This document shows positions 49,577 through 59,762 of a stretch of 64,000 nt of DNA, piece after piece. Made by a program: the position numbers and the translations under genes. The notes under the pieces are model-generated. The model saw only the letters and a list, made by a program, of their open reading frames with translations, searched no databases and had not been told where the DNA came from. Each line of letters begins with the position of its first letter. The first letter of the stretch is position 1. This DNA is from an uncultured delta proteobacterium (GTDB taxonomy: Bacteria; Desulfobacterota; BSN033; UBA1163). The DNA lies in NCBI GenBank assembly GCA_963827685.1, contig CAWHBU010000001.1:363680-427679 (forward strand). The letters run 5' to 3'.

Positions 49577-51109
49577 ATGGAAAAGTTTCCTTGGTGGAAT
49601 GAAGCACAGATTGAACTTGCTGAGGATGCCAAGAAGTTTACCGACGAGGTTTTAATTCCTATTGGCGAGCGCGATGCCCTGAAGAAAGTTTTTAGTTGGG
49701 AGGGTGTGAAGCAGATGGCTTCCAAAGGCTGGTTCGGCGCACTGATTCCGAAAAAATACGGCGGCCATGCTGAAGAGTGGGGCGTCACGGGTGCCGCCAT
49801 CATCCTTGAAGAGACGTCGCGTGCTGCGGAACTCGGCGGTCCTCTCGGAACCACGATGTACGGCAGCGCCACCCAGATCGTCCACAACGGCAACGAGGAG
49901 CAAAAACAGAAGTGGCTGCCCAGGATAGGGAAGGGCGAGCTTGTCGGCTGCATTACCATGACTGAACCGTATGCCGGTTCCGATGTCGCCGCCATAGAAT
50001 CAACCGCTGTCCGCGAGGGTGATTTCTATATCATCAACGGGAGAAAACGCTACCAGACTGTTGCCGCCGCCGCAGACCTGTACATGTGCTATTTCCTGAC
50101 AAGCTCGAGGCCGGAAGACAAAATGGCGTACACTCACCTCAGCGCTTTCGTGGTGGAGAAGGGAACCCCCGGTTTCCACACTGAGAAAGTGAATGATACG
50201 ATGGGCTATGACGGTCTTTACAATTGCTATTTGAGTTTTGATAACGCCAGAGTTCCTGTTTTCAACCGCCTGGGAGAGGAAGGCCAAGGCTGGAGGATCA
50301 TGATGGGCGGCCTCAATGTCGAGAGGATTCTCAATGCCGCCCCGACGCTTGGGCCCATGCGCGAGTGCATCCGCTACACCCAGCAGCATCTGGAAAGGCG
50401 CGTGCAGTTCGGTCGGCCCACAGGCGACATCGCCACCAACCAGTTCAAGCTGGCGGACATGATCTGGAAGCTTTATCTCAGCAGATTGGTCGTATACTAC
50501 GGTGCTTACTGTGCCGACCTTGGCCGTGACGTGCCGGTGGAGGCAGCCATCTCCAAGATGTTCGCCAGCGATTCCGCCATGGAAACGGCTATCGAGGCAG
50601 TGCAGTGTATGGGCGGTAACGGCATCATGAAGATCTACCCGGTGGAACGGATCATGCGTGATGCCAAGCACGGGCAGATAGCTGCCGGAACTTCAGAGAT
50701 CCTCAAGCTGCTCATCTACCGCCAGGGCGTGAGGGAGATGAAGGCCGACCTTAAGGTTCCGCAAAGAGCGATCGATCCTGATCTCAAGTTACCTTTGCCG
50801 GTCGGCAAACCGCTACCGAAGAAGCCAGGCAAGAGTGAGGAGGACGTGTTCAAAGTACTTGCCGAGAATTACAGGGTGAACCCCGGCCTGCACATGACGA
50901 TGGAGGACATCAAGGAATGGCTCGATATTTCGGACGCAGACCTGGTGAAATTCCTGGAGAGTCTTGAGAAGCAAGGCTTTGCCGGTCTCTACCGCACCCG
51001 CAAGGGCATTTCTCTTGTCAGGGTGACTTACACGGGCCTTCAAAAGGCCCACCCGCCCGAGTATTACCGTTACATCCCAGCTTGGGCCGATCCCAAAGAC
51101 GTGTTTTAA
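49577..51109 (+). CDS. Acyl-CoA dehydrogenase with ~120-aa C-terminal winged-helix-like extension
   Basis: TMTEPYAGSD, RVQFG, MGGNG, IAAGT; tail VLAENYRVNPGLHMT...LESLEKQG. Confidence 0.88.
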   Translation: MEKFPWWNEAQIELAEDAKKFTDEVLIPIGERDALKKVFSWEGVKQMASKGWFGALIPKKYGGHAEEWGVTGAAIILEETSRAAELGGPLGTTMYGSATQIVHNGNEEQKQKWLPRIGKGELVGCITMTEPYAGSDVAAIESTAVREGDFYIINGRKRYQTVAAAADLYMCYFLTSSRPEDKMAYTHLSAFVVEKGTPGFHTEKVNDTMGYDGLYNCYLSFDNARVPVFNRLGEEGQGWRIMMGGLNVERILNAAPTLGPMRECIRYTQQHLERRVQFGRPTGDIATNQFKLADMIWKLYLSRLVVYYGAYCADLGRDVPVEAAISKMFASDSAMETAIEAVQCMGGNGIMKIYPVERIMRDAKHGQIAAGTSEILKLLIYRQGVREMKADLKVPQRAIDPDLKLPLPVGKPLPKKPGKSEEDVFKVLAENYRVNPGLHMTMEDIKEWLDISDADLVKFLESLEKQGFAGLYRTRKGISLVRVTYTGLQKAHPPEYYRYIPAWADPKDVF

Positions 51110-51343
51110 TCTCAGTAACCTCGCTCCTCGCAGCAGAGCTGCGAGGAGCAGTGAGTACAATTCTATTGTGACGGCTTGGTCTTGAGATGTGAATTAGGAA
51201 GTGGAATTGGAGTCATCCTTCATCCATAATAGGTTCATCCGTTCACAATCCTCAATCGTCACTTTTAAGCGTTTAGTAAAAATAAACTACGACTGATATG
51301 AATTTCCCCGTTGATCATTGATTGAAATTGAGAGGGGTAGAGT

Positions 51344-52285
51344 ATGGGCTATTTAAGTGTCTGTGTCATGGGTGTGGGTGGTGTGGGAGGTTATTTCGGA
51401 GGGAAATTAGCCCATACCTTCTCTTCAAATCCTGAGTCTCCTGTCAATATCTTTTTTGTGGCCCGTGGAAAGCAACTTGAGGCAATCAAACAAAATGGAC
51501 TTGTCCTTAAATCTCCTGAGTTCGGAAGTATCCGTTGTAGACCAAAGCTCGCTACGGAGAGAATCAGTGATCTTCCCCCCATTGACCTCTTTTTTATTTG
51601 TGTGAAAGGATATGACCTCACGGAGGTTGCCGCTTCCATTAAAGATTACATCAAGGAGAAGACTATTATTTTGCCTCTTTTGAATGGCGCAGACGTTCGG
51701 GAAAGACTTCGCACTAAAGTTAAGACGGGAATCATTCTTCCTGCCTGTGTCTACATCTCTGTCCATATCGAAGAACCAGGGGTCGTCGCCCATATTGGAA
51801 AACCAGGGAAAATGATCTTTGGGAAAGATCCGGATCATCCTGATTACATCCCTCATGAAATATTCAGGGTTTTTGAAAAATCCTCAATTGATTATGAGTG
51901 GAAGGATGATGCCAATCCGGCCATCTGGGAGAAGTATCTATTCATCGCCAGTTTCGGCCTGGTCTCGGCTCGGTATCATCGAACTCTCGGAGAAATTTTG
52001 GAGGAGCCCTTGCTGAGAGAAGAGGTGATCGGAATTATGAATGAAGTTCATTCCATTGCTTTGAAGAAGAATATTAGACTGCCTGACGGAATTGTAGATC
52101 TTTCTCTCAAGAATGCAGCCATGTTTCCCCACGACACACAAACCTCATTACAGAGAGATATCCAACAGAAGAAAGGTAAAAGTGAGCTGGAGCTTTTCGG
52201 TGGTACGATTATCGATCTCGGGAAAAAATTGGGCATCCCCACGCCAACGACAAGAAAAATATATCTTGAATTGGAAGGAGTCTAA
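51344..52285 (+). CDS. panE: Ketopantoate reductase family protein
   Basis: GVGGVGGYFGG, VARG, VKGYDL, PLLNG, WEKY.F, TSLQRD, SELE. Confidence 0.88.
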   Translation: MGYLSVCVMGVGGVGGYFGGKLAHTFSSNPESPVNIFFVARGKQLEAIKQNGLVLKSPEFGSIRCRPKLATERISDLPPIDLFFICVKGYDLTEVAASIKDYIKEKTIILPLLNGADVRERLRTKVKTGIILPACVYISVHIEEPGVVAHIGKPGKMIFGKDPDHPDYIPHEIFRVFEKSSIDYEWKDDANPAIWEKYLFIASFGLVSARYHRTLGEILEEPLLREEVIGIMNEVHSIALKKNIRLPDGIVDLSLKNAAMFPHDTQTSLQRDIQQKKGKSELELFGGTIIDLGKKLGIPTPTTRKIYLELEGV

Positions 52286-52419
52286 CCCCCGCAATATCCA
52301 TACACCTCAAAAGCCTCTCGCACCTGACGTAAACGCATCGGAAGTGCTTACATTGTCACCACGAGCCTGTAATATGAATACGCAACGCTTACCTCATCGT
52401 TTACAAAGGAGCAAGTCTT

Positions 52420-53814
52420 ATGCCCGTTGATAGGCTTCAGAAATTTTTTGAACCAAAAGGGATCGTGATTGTGGGAGCACGAAGGTCTTTCGGTTTTGGT
52501 TATGGCATCCCCCTCTTTCTACAGAAACTTGGATGGGGGGACCGCCTCTATCTTGTTAATCCTGCTGGTGCGGAGCTGCATGGTCAGAAGGTTTACAAAC
52601 GAGTCCAAGACGTCCCCGCACCTGTTGATCTGGCGATCGTCATTGTTCCTGCGGAGGCAGTTCCTGATGTGATGGAGGAGATTGGAGAGCGAGGGATAAA
52701 AAATGTAATCATTGAGAGTGCTGGTTTTGCTGAGATTGGTGAGAAAGGCATGACCTTACAGCAGAGGGTAAAAGCTGTTGCCATGCAATACCGTATGCGG
52801 GTCATTGGTCCGAATTGTGTGGGCGTGGTCAATACTGAAAATAGATTTTGTTCAGTAGAATTAATGGAGGAATCACTTGCTCCGGGACCGGTTTCTGTCA
52901 TTGCCCAGAGCGGCGTTTTTGGAAACATTCTGCTGGATCATCTCCATCAGTACGGTCTTTTTATTTCGAAAGCGGTCACGCTGGGCAATCGCGTGGATGT
53001 CGATGAATCTGAGGTGCTGGATTATCTTAAGAATGATCCCTCCACACGAGTCATCATGCTGTATCTTGAGGGAGCCGCAAACGGCAGGCGATTCATGAAG
53101 TCACTTGCCAATGTGACTCAGAATAAACCTGTTCTGATATTAAAGAGCGGCAGGACGCAGGCCGGCAAGCAAGCGACCGCCTCTCATACGGGCAGCCTGT
53201 CAGGACAGGATCATATCTATCATGCGGTTTTTGCACAGACAGGGGCGATTCGGGCAGAAAGCTTTTCCCAGCTCATCGATCTGGCGCGGGTCTTCGCAAC
53301 TCAGCCATGGTCTAAGGGCAATCGCCTTGGCATTATTACAACAAGCGGGAGCCTTGGGGCCTTGGCAACAGATGTCGCCGTGTCCAATGGACTCACCGTG
53401 CCTCCCCTTTCCTCATTCATAGTGAATCAGGCACGGGAAATATCGCCGGATTGGATGAATGTTAAAAACCCTCTGGATGTCGGCCCCTCGGGGATCCAGG
53501 ATAGGCTCCTACCGATGCTATTGTCAGATCCGGAAATTGACATGGTGCTTGTGATTATGGTCCTACCCTATGCAGTGGTCAGTCACTTCAAGAGCGCTGG
53601 CATTACGGTAAAGGATTGGTTGGGGGATGTAGCCTCCGTTCGGGAGCGACATCCAGATAAACCCCTGGTAGGTGTGGTCGTCGGCCACCCTGCGTTTGTG
53701 GATGATATTGCTTCCGTTTGCGGTCGGTTCGTACCGGTTTTCACTTCACCTGAACCGGCAGCGCATGCCCTTGCGACATTGTGGCATTACTCTAAAGCAC
53801 GAAAGAAAATTTAG
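52420..53814 (+). CDS. ADP-forming acyl-CoA synthetase alpha subunit
   Basis: SAGFAE, GPNCVG, QSG, SHTGSL phospho-His motif, NPLD. Confidence 0.9.
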   Translation: MPVDRLQKFFEPKGIVIVGARRSFGFGYGIPLFLQKLGWGDRLYLVNPAGAELHGQKVYKRVQDVPAPVDLAIVIVPAEAVPDVMEEIGERGIKNVIIESAGFAEIGEKGMTLQQRVKAVAMQYRMRVIGPNCVGVVNTENRFCSVELMEESLAPGPVSVIAQSGVFGNILLDHLHQYGLFISKAVTLGNRVDVDESEVLDYLKNDPSTRVIMLYLEGAANGRRFMKSLANVTQNKPVLILKSGRTQAGKQATASHTGSLSGQDHIYHAVFAQTGAIRAESFSQLIDLARVFATQPWSKGNRLGIITTSGSLGALATDVAVSNGLTVPPLSSFIVNQAREISPDWMNVKNPLDVGPSGIQDRLLPMLLSDPEIDMVLVIMVLPYAVVSHFKSAGITVKDWLGDVASVRERHPDKPLVGVVVGHPAFVDDIASVCGRFVPVFTSPEPAAHALATLWHYSKARKKI

Positions 53815-54090
53815 TGTGTCTTTTGTAATACGGATCAATTAGAGACAATGGTTTAAAGAAAGGGAAGCCAATGGTTTTCTTTAAAAGAAGAGGTGGTTCA
53901 ATACGTTAAATTGTATTATTAAGAGAACTTAACTCTGTCCCTGTCCCCCTGAGAGAGATTCACCATCACATCTGATCTCTCAGGAATCAAGGGCATCATT
54001 CATCCAATCATTGAACCTCGATCAATACCTTGTTACGATTGCCCGACGTGAAGTCTCCACATTCTCTTTTTCATTTTGTGGAGGGAGGTT

Positions 54091-56355
54091 ATGAACGAAA
54101 CACACATTCCTAAGATCGCGCAAGAATTGGATCTCACCCCCAAACAGGTCCAGGCCACAGCAGACCTCTTGAACGAAGGGGCCACGGTACCCTTTATTGC
54201 TCGATACCGAAAGGAAGCCACTGGTTCTTTGGATGAGGTTGCCATCACAGCGGTTCGAGACCGACTCAGTCAACTCATGGAACTGGACAAGCGCCGTGAG
54301 GGCATCCTCAGATCCTTAGAGGAACGGGGACAGCTTACCGATGAGTTGAAGGAGAAGATCCTCTCGGCGGAGACCATGGTCGTTCTGGAGGATATCTATT
54401 TGCCCTACCGGCCCAAACGTCGGACCCGGGCAATCATCGCCAAGGAAAAGGGACTGGAGCCGCTGGCCCAGCGCCTTTTTAGCCAGGAGGAAATGGATCC
54501 CATGGCCGAAGCATCTGCTTTTATCGATCCCGAAAAGGGGGTTGAGTCCGCGGAGGATGCCCTCGCAGGAGCGCGTGACATCATTGCAGAATGGGTCAAT
54601 GAAGATCAGACCGCCCGTGCCAGGATGCGTGATTTTTATTCATCAAAGGCTGTTTTTAAGGCAAAGGTTATTCTGGAGAGAGAGGCCGAAGGAATCAAGT
54701 ATAGGGATTACTTTGACTGGGAAGAATCGGTGACCAGAGCGCCATCGCACAGGATTCTTGCCATGAGGCGAGGGGAAAAGGAAGGTTTTCTCACACTGAG
54801 AGTTTTGCCTCCTGAAGAGGAAGCCCTCGACATCCTCGATGGTATTTTTGTTAAGGGGGAAGGGTCTGCATCACAGCATGTCAGGATGGCCGTGCACGAT
54901 GGCTACAAGAGACTTCTCTCTCCTTCCATGGAGACCGAGATACGCTTGGCAACAAAAAAGCGGGCAGATGAGGAGGCGATCAGGGTCTTTGTCGAGAACG
55001 TCCGTCAACTTCTTCTTACTTCTCCTCTCGGCCAGAAGAATGTCCTGGCCATTGATCCTGGTTTCCGGACCGGTTGCAAAGTGATCTGCCTGGACCGCCA
55101 AGGGAAGCTCTTACATACCGAAACCATTTATCCTCTGCAGTCCGAAAAAGCTGCAGCCGACGCAGGCTCAAAGATCCTTAAGATGTGCGAGCGGTTCCGT
55201 ATCGAGGCGATTGCCGTTGGGAACGGCACAGCAGGAAGGGAGACAGAGACTTTCATCCGCAGCCTCGATCTCTTAAAGAAGATTCAACTAGTGATGGTCA
55301 ACGAGAGCGGTGCGTCCGTTTATTCGGCATCCGAGGTGGCCCGGGAGGAGTTTCCTGACCAGGATGTGACCGTGCGAGGAGCTGTATCCATCGGCCGGAG
55401 ACTGATGGACCCTCTGGCAGAGCTGGTAAAGATCGACCCGAAGTCGATCGGTGTTGGACAGTACCAGCACGATGTGGACCAGGGAGCGTTAAAGAACAGT
55501 CTTGATGATGTGGTGGTTAGCTGTGTTAACCGCGTGGGCGTGGAAATCAATACAGCAAGCAAGCAGCTTCTTACCTATGTTTCGGGTTTAGGACCGCAGC
55601 TTGCAAAGGGGATTGTGGAGTACCGGAATGAGCACGGTCCGTTTCAATCGAGGGAAGCATTGAAGCAGGTGCCTCGCCTGGGACCCAAAGCCTTTGAACA
55701 GGCTGCAGGGTTTTTACGCATCAGGGATGGCGAAAACCCGCTGGATCGAAGTGCGGTCCATCCGGAGAGCTACCCTATTGTCGATGCCATGGCCAGGAAT
55801 CTGGGCTGCTCGGTGCTGGATCTGATGCGCGGCGAGAAGCTCCGGGAGAGAATCGATCTCATGCAATACGTCTCGGATAAGGTGGGCCTTCCTACGTTGA
55901 ATGATATCCTGTCGGAACTCTCCAAACCCGGCCGCGATCCGCGTGAGCAGTTCGAAACCTTCCAATTCGCAGAAGGGGTTGAAAAAATAGAGGATGTAAA
56001 ACCCGGCATGAAGCTTCCTGGAATCGTGACCAACATCACCGCCTTTGGTGTCTTTGTCGACATTGGCGTCCATCAGGACGGGCTGGTCCATATCAGCCAG
56101 GTTTCCAACCGATTTGTGAAGAACCTCGCGGAGATCGTAAAGGTTCATCAAAAGGTAATCGTGACGGTGCTGGATGTGGATCTCGAAAGAAAGCGGATTT
56201 CCCTTTCCATGAAGGACAGCCGGCCCCAACCCGATATGGTTGCAAAGAGGGAAGAGAGAAAGAAGGAAGAGACGAGAAAGGAAAGGAGGCAGAAACAGAA
56301 AAGCGCGTTTACAAATAACCCGTTTGATGATGCTTTCAGAAACAGGAATCAATAG
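54091..56355 (+). CDS. tex: Tex RNA-binding transcriptional accessory protein
   Basis: GATVPFIARYRKEATG, DPGFRTGCK, SIGVGQYQHDV, C-terminal S1 domain. Confidence 0.97.
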   Translation: MNETHIPKIAQELDLTPKQVQATADLLNEGATVPFIARYRKEATGSLDEVAITAVRDRLSQLMELDKRREGILRSLEERGQLTDELKEKILSAETMVVLEDIYLPYRPKRRTRAIIAKEKGLEPLAQRLFSQEEMDPMAEASAFIDPEKGVESAEDALAGARDIIAEWVNEDQTARARMRDFYSSKAVFKAKVILEREAEGIKYRDYFDWEESVTRAPSHRILAMRRGEKEGFLTLRVLPPEEEALDILDGIFVKGEGSASQHVRMAVHDGYKRLLSPSMETEIRLATKKRADEEAIRVFVENVRQLLLTSPLGQKNVLAIDPGFRTGCKVICLDRQGKLLHTETIYPLQSEKAAADAGSKILKMCERFRIEAIAVGNGTAGRETETFIRSLDLLKKIQLVMVNESGASVYSASEVAREEFPDQDVTVRGAVSIGRRLMDPLAELVKIDPKSIGVGQYQHDVDQGALKNSLDDVVVSCVNRVGVEINTASKQLLTYVSGLGPQLAKGIVEYRNEHGPFQSREALKQVPRLGPKAFEQAAGFLRIRDGENPLDRSAVHPESYPIVDAMARNLGCSVLDLMRGEKLRERIDLMQYVSDKVGLPTLNDILSELSKPGRDPREQFETFQFAEGVEKIEDVKPGMKLPGIVTNITAFGVFVDIGVHQDGLVHISQVSNRFVKNLAEIVKVHQKVIVTVLDVDLERKRISLSMKDSRPQPDMVAKREERKKEETRKERRQKQKSAFTNNPFDDAFRNRNQ

Positions 56356-56477
56356 ATTATTTCAAAAAATTTTCTTCATCAAAAAGCCGGGAAACTAATT
56401 TTACTTCATCTCTTCGAAATCAAAGACATCCCCCAGCCAACAATACAATCCCGGTCGGCTTCTCACTGGTGAGACGC

Positions 56478-57947
56478 CTATTCTTGAGAAGCAGAAGTTA
56501 GGATTTTGTCTCGCAAGTGCGTGTATTGAAACGCAGCCTCAATTGCCCGGGCTGCTCTCTGCGGTCCTGGGAAGATCGGGACTCCTCGCTCTATGAGTCT
56601 TCTCAGTTGCTGGTCCTTTAGACTCTGTAAGGTATAGCCGACAAAAGGTTTATCGTGGGTTTCAAGCAATCGGATGATTGCATCGGACTGATAACCCACT
56701 AGCCTATCGGCCTGTTCTGCAATCTGATCCGTGGGGACACCCACTTGCCTCAGCATGCGTCTGAGCCTCCGGCTAGGCGTGAAGAAATAGAAGAGCAGGA
56801 AGTCTGCGTTCTTCTCCTCCAGCAACGCCTTCGGGATCTCTGAGAAGTAGTCCGTCAGATTCTTGCCAAAGGTGAAATCCAGCGGGTTACTGATACTCCC
56901 TGTCTTGGGCATGAGAGGGCTTAATCTTTTGATTGTCTCTGGTGAAAGCGACGGCAATTCAAGACCCGCCCGTCCGCAGGCATCCGCCGCCTCAGCTCCG
57001 GGCCCTCCGGAATGGGTTTGAATCAGCACACGTCGCCCTGTGGTTTTGGGAAAAGTGCCCAGCATCCAACAGTAATCGAACATTTCCATGATCGACCGTG
57101 CCCGAATGATCCCGCTCTGACGGAAGATGCCTTCGTAGAGTCTATCCGGTCCTGCCAATGCCCCGGTGTGTGAAAGCCCTGCCCGGCTGCCCGCTTCCGA
57201 CCCGCCGATATAGAAGGCCACGATGGGCTTTTTCGGAACGATCGATCTCGCCGTTTCCACAAACGCCCTCCCCCTGCGGATGCCCTCGATATAGAGGGCG
57301 ATCACTCTCGTATCGGGACAGGCGCCGAGGTACTCCATACAGTCGACGATATCGATATTGGCTTCATTCCCCACACTAAACGCCGTACTGAATCCCAGGG
57401 CATAATGGGAAAGATAGGTAAACATCTGGGTCACAAAACTCCCGCTCTGAGAAGCCATGCCAATGAAGCCTGGAGCGCCTTCAAAGGTCATGAAGGTCGT
57501 GTTCAGCTTGTGGCGAGGATTGGTCACCCCGATACAGTTCGGGCCTAAAAAGCGCATGCCATGTTTTTTGGCAACGGCGATAAGGTCTTTTTCAAGTTTG
57601 ACCCCATTCCCGCCCACTTCCTTAAAACCGCCCGAAATGACAATGGCATGTTTGATGCCCTTCCTGCCGCATGCGTCCATCGTCTCGGACACGAGTCGTG
57701 TGGGGAGTACGATCAGCGCCAGGTCAGGCACCTTGGGCAGATCCAGGACGCTTCGGTAAGCCTTGAGATTCTGCACCTGATTCTCTTTGGGGTGAATGGG
57801 ATAGATCTCACCTTCAAATCCCAAATCCAGAACAGAATCGAGGAGACTTGTTCCCATTGAAGAGGCGTTATTGGAGGCCCCGAAAAGGGCGATGCTTTTC
57901 GGGTTGGCAATAGAATATAGAGGACTGGCTTCAATGGATTCTATCAT
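56478..57947 (-). CDS. ADP-forming acyl-CoA synthetase alpha subunit
   Basis: GGFKE, GPNCIG, SQSG, SHTGALAG, NPLD. Confidence 0.9.
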   Translation of the reverse strand: MIESIEASPLYSIANPKSIALFGASNNASSMGTSLLDSVLDLGFEGEIYPIHPKENQVQNLKAYRSVLDLPKVPDLALIVLPTRLVSETMDACGRKGIKHAIVISGGFKEVGGNGVKLEKDLIAVAKKHGMRFLGPNCIGVTNPRHKLNTTFMTFEGAPGFIGMASQSGSFVTQMFTYLSHYALGFSTAFSVGNEANIDIVDCMEYLGACPDTRVIALYIEGIRRGRAFVETARSIVPKKPIVAFYIGGSEAGSRAGLSHTGALAGPDRLYEGIFRQSGIIRARSIMEMFDYCWMLGTFPKTTGRRVLIQTHSGGPGAEAADACGRAGLELPSLSPETIKRLSPLMPKTGSISNPLDFTFGKNLTDYFSEIPKALLEEKNADFLLFYFFTPSRRLRRMLRQVGVPTDQIAEQADRLVGYQSDAIIRLLETHDKPFVGYTLQSLKDQQLRRLIERGVPIFPGPQRAARAIEAAFQYTHLRDKILTSASQE

Positions 57948-58636
57948 TTTGCGTTTCTTCTCAACACAACGAGTGCGTCCACAGCCACTAGGCGACCTTC
58001 CGGAGTGATGATCATAGGGTTGATATCGAGCTCGGATACCGTTTCAAGTTCTAATCCGATCTGCCCAACCGCCATGAGGGTGCGGCAAAGGATTTCCATA
58101 TCAACGGGTTTCTGCCCGCGGAAGGCGCCGAGAATCGTTTTGAAATGCAGCTCTTCGGTCATGTCCTTTGCCTCGATCATGTCAAAGGGAGCCATGCGGA
58201 ATACGGTATCCTGAAACACCTCGGTCATGATTCCGCCTATCCCTAGCATCACGCAGGGGCCGAACTGGGGATCGCGGTTCAACCCGACGACCAGTTCGCG
58301 CTGCCCTGGCACCATTTCCTGAACCAGGACCCCTTCAAGTTCCAGGTCGACACTCGGGATAATACGTTCGTAGGCTTCACGGACATCTCTTTTGCTCCTG
58401 AGGTTCAGCTCAATACATCCACGCTCGCTTTTGTGCATCAGCTCGGCTGAACATGCCTTGAGTACCACCGGAAACCCGAGGCCGTCTGCGGCAGATACCG
58501 CTTCGTCGGCACCGCGGGACAATTTTTCTCTGGTGACGGGGATGCCGTAAAGGCTGAGTAATTTCTTTGACTCGTATTCGGAGAGTGCCCGTTGCCCTCT
58601 CTGGAGGGCAGATTGTATTAAATCATCTGCTCGCAT
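57944..58636 (-). CDS. ADP-forming acyl-CoA synthetase beta subunit (ATP-grasp)
   Basis: LSEYESK.LL..YGIP, GFPVVLK, HKSE, DPQFGP, ELDINP. Confidence 0.92.
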   Translation of the reverse strand: MRADDLIQSALQRGQRALSEYESKKLLSLYGIPVTREKLSRGADEAVSAADGLGFPVVLKACSAELMHKSERGCIELNLRSKRDVREAYERIIPSVDLELEGVLVQEMVPGQRELVVGLNRDPQFGPCVMLGIGGIMTEVFQDTVFRMAPFDMIEAKDMTEELHFKTILGAFRGQKPVDMEILCRTLMAVGQIGLELETVSELDINPMIITPEGRLVAVDALVVLRRNAK

Positions 58637-58735
58637 ATTTTCCCAAAACCATCACTTTTCCATTCTGAGATATTAGGATCAAAAACGTGATCACCTTTTC
58701 TGCAACCCCCCATAGGGATCATTCTCCACATTCAA

Positions 58736-59656
58736 CTAAGGAGCAACCAGAATCTTGATTTCTTCTTTCTCTTTTCTTGCCAGGACTTCAAATCCTTCAG
58801 CAGATATTTGCTCAAGGGGTATGACTTTCGTGATGATCAAGTCTGGTCGGGTCCCTTTGGACTCTATCCAGGACATCGCCAGAGGAAGATTGGCGGAGTT
58901 TGTGCCGATCATGGTGGTCTCCCGGGTGACAAATCCGAGCATATGCACCGAGACCCGGTCAGTAAAGATTCCCTGGACAATGACTTTGCCTTGATAGCGG
59001 ACAGAAGCTAAACAATCTTTCAGGGTGGCCTCGATTCCCACCGCCTCGACCGCCACATCCACTCCCCTGCCAGCGGAGAGCTCTTTGATCTTGGCAGGAA
59101 TTTTGTCTGTCAGAGGATTCAAAACCAAAGTGGCGCCCAGCTCTTCTGCTTTTTTTCTTCTTGTTTCTGAAATGTCCGTCACGTAAATCTTTTCCACCCC
59201 AACCGCTTTAAGGCCAAGCAAGACCATGAGTCCCACCGGCCCAGCACCCGCAACCAGAATGGTGTCGCTTGGTTGGATGCCTCCCTTTTCGATTGCATAA
59301 GCAGCACCGGAAAGAGGTTCAACCACAGCTGCCCGTTCCCAGCTCATATTCCCGGGCTTCTTAATCATCCTTTCCTGTGGGCATACCAGGTATTCGGCGT
59401 ATGCCCCTTTTTGGACAGCAATAACGTGATCCTCAACTTGAAATGCCTTGACTTCGCGGCCGACTTCGATGATTTCGCCGCAGGCTTCATGCCCAAAGGA
59501 GCTCTGAGGAAATAGACCGTGTAGGTACTCGTGCAGATCCGATCCGCAGATACCGCAATATTTGACCCTCACTTTCGCCTCGCGGGGTCCAGGCTTCGGT
59601 TCGGCCACTTCTTCAACCCGCAGATCACGGATGCCATGGAATAAAGCTGCTCTCAT
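58736..59656 (-). CDS. Zn-dependent MDR alcohol dehydrogenase (butanediol/sorbitol DH-like)
   Basis: CGICGSDLH, GHE, GAGPVG; no structural-Zn Cys loop. Confidence 0.9.
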   Translation of the reverse strand: MRAALFHGIRDLRVEEVAEPKPGPREAKVRVKYCGICGSDLHEYLHGLFPQSSFGHEACGEIIEVGREVKAFQVEDHVIAVQKGAYAEYLVCPQERMIKKPGNMSWERAAVVEPLSGAAYAIEKGGIQPSDTILVAGAGPVGLMVLLGLKAVGVEKIYVTDISETRRKKAEELGATLVLNPLTDKIPAKIKELSAGRGVDVAVEAVGIEATLKDCLASVRYQGKVIVQGIFTDRVSVHMLGFVTRETTMIGTNSANLPLAMSWIESKGTRPDLIITKVIPLEQISAEGFEVLARKEKEEIKILVAP

Positions 59657-59762
59657 AAGAACTTGATGACCTTTGTAAACTCGTTTGAAAAGTTCAGCTG
59701 TAGAGCTTTTTTTCACAAAGTTTAACAGATATGAAAGGAAAGTGCCAATGTGGAATGGCCTT

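Noticed and set aside
59718-59750. dif/xrs site next to the IS
   Set aside because: Only a partial XerD-like arm (gtttaacagat) with no convincing XerC arm.
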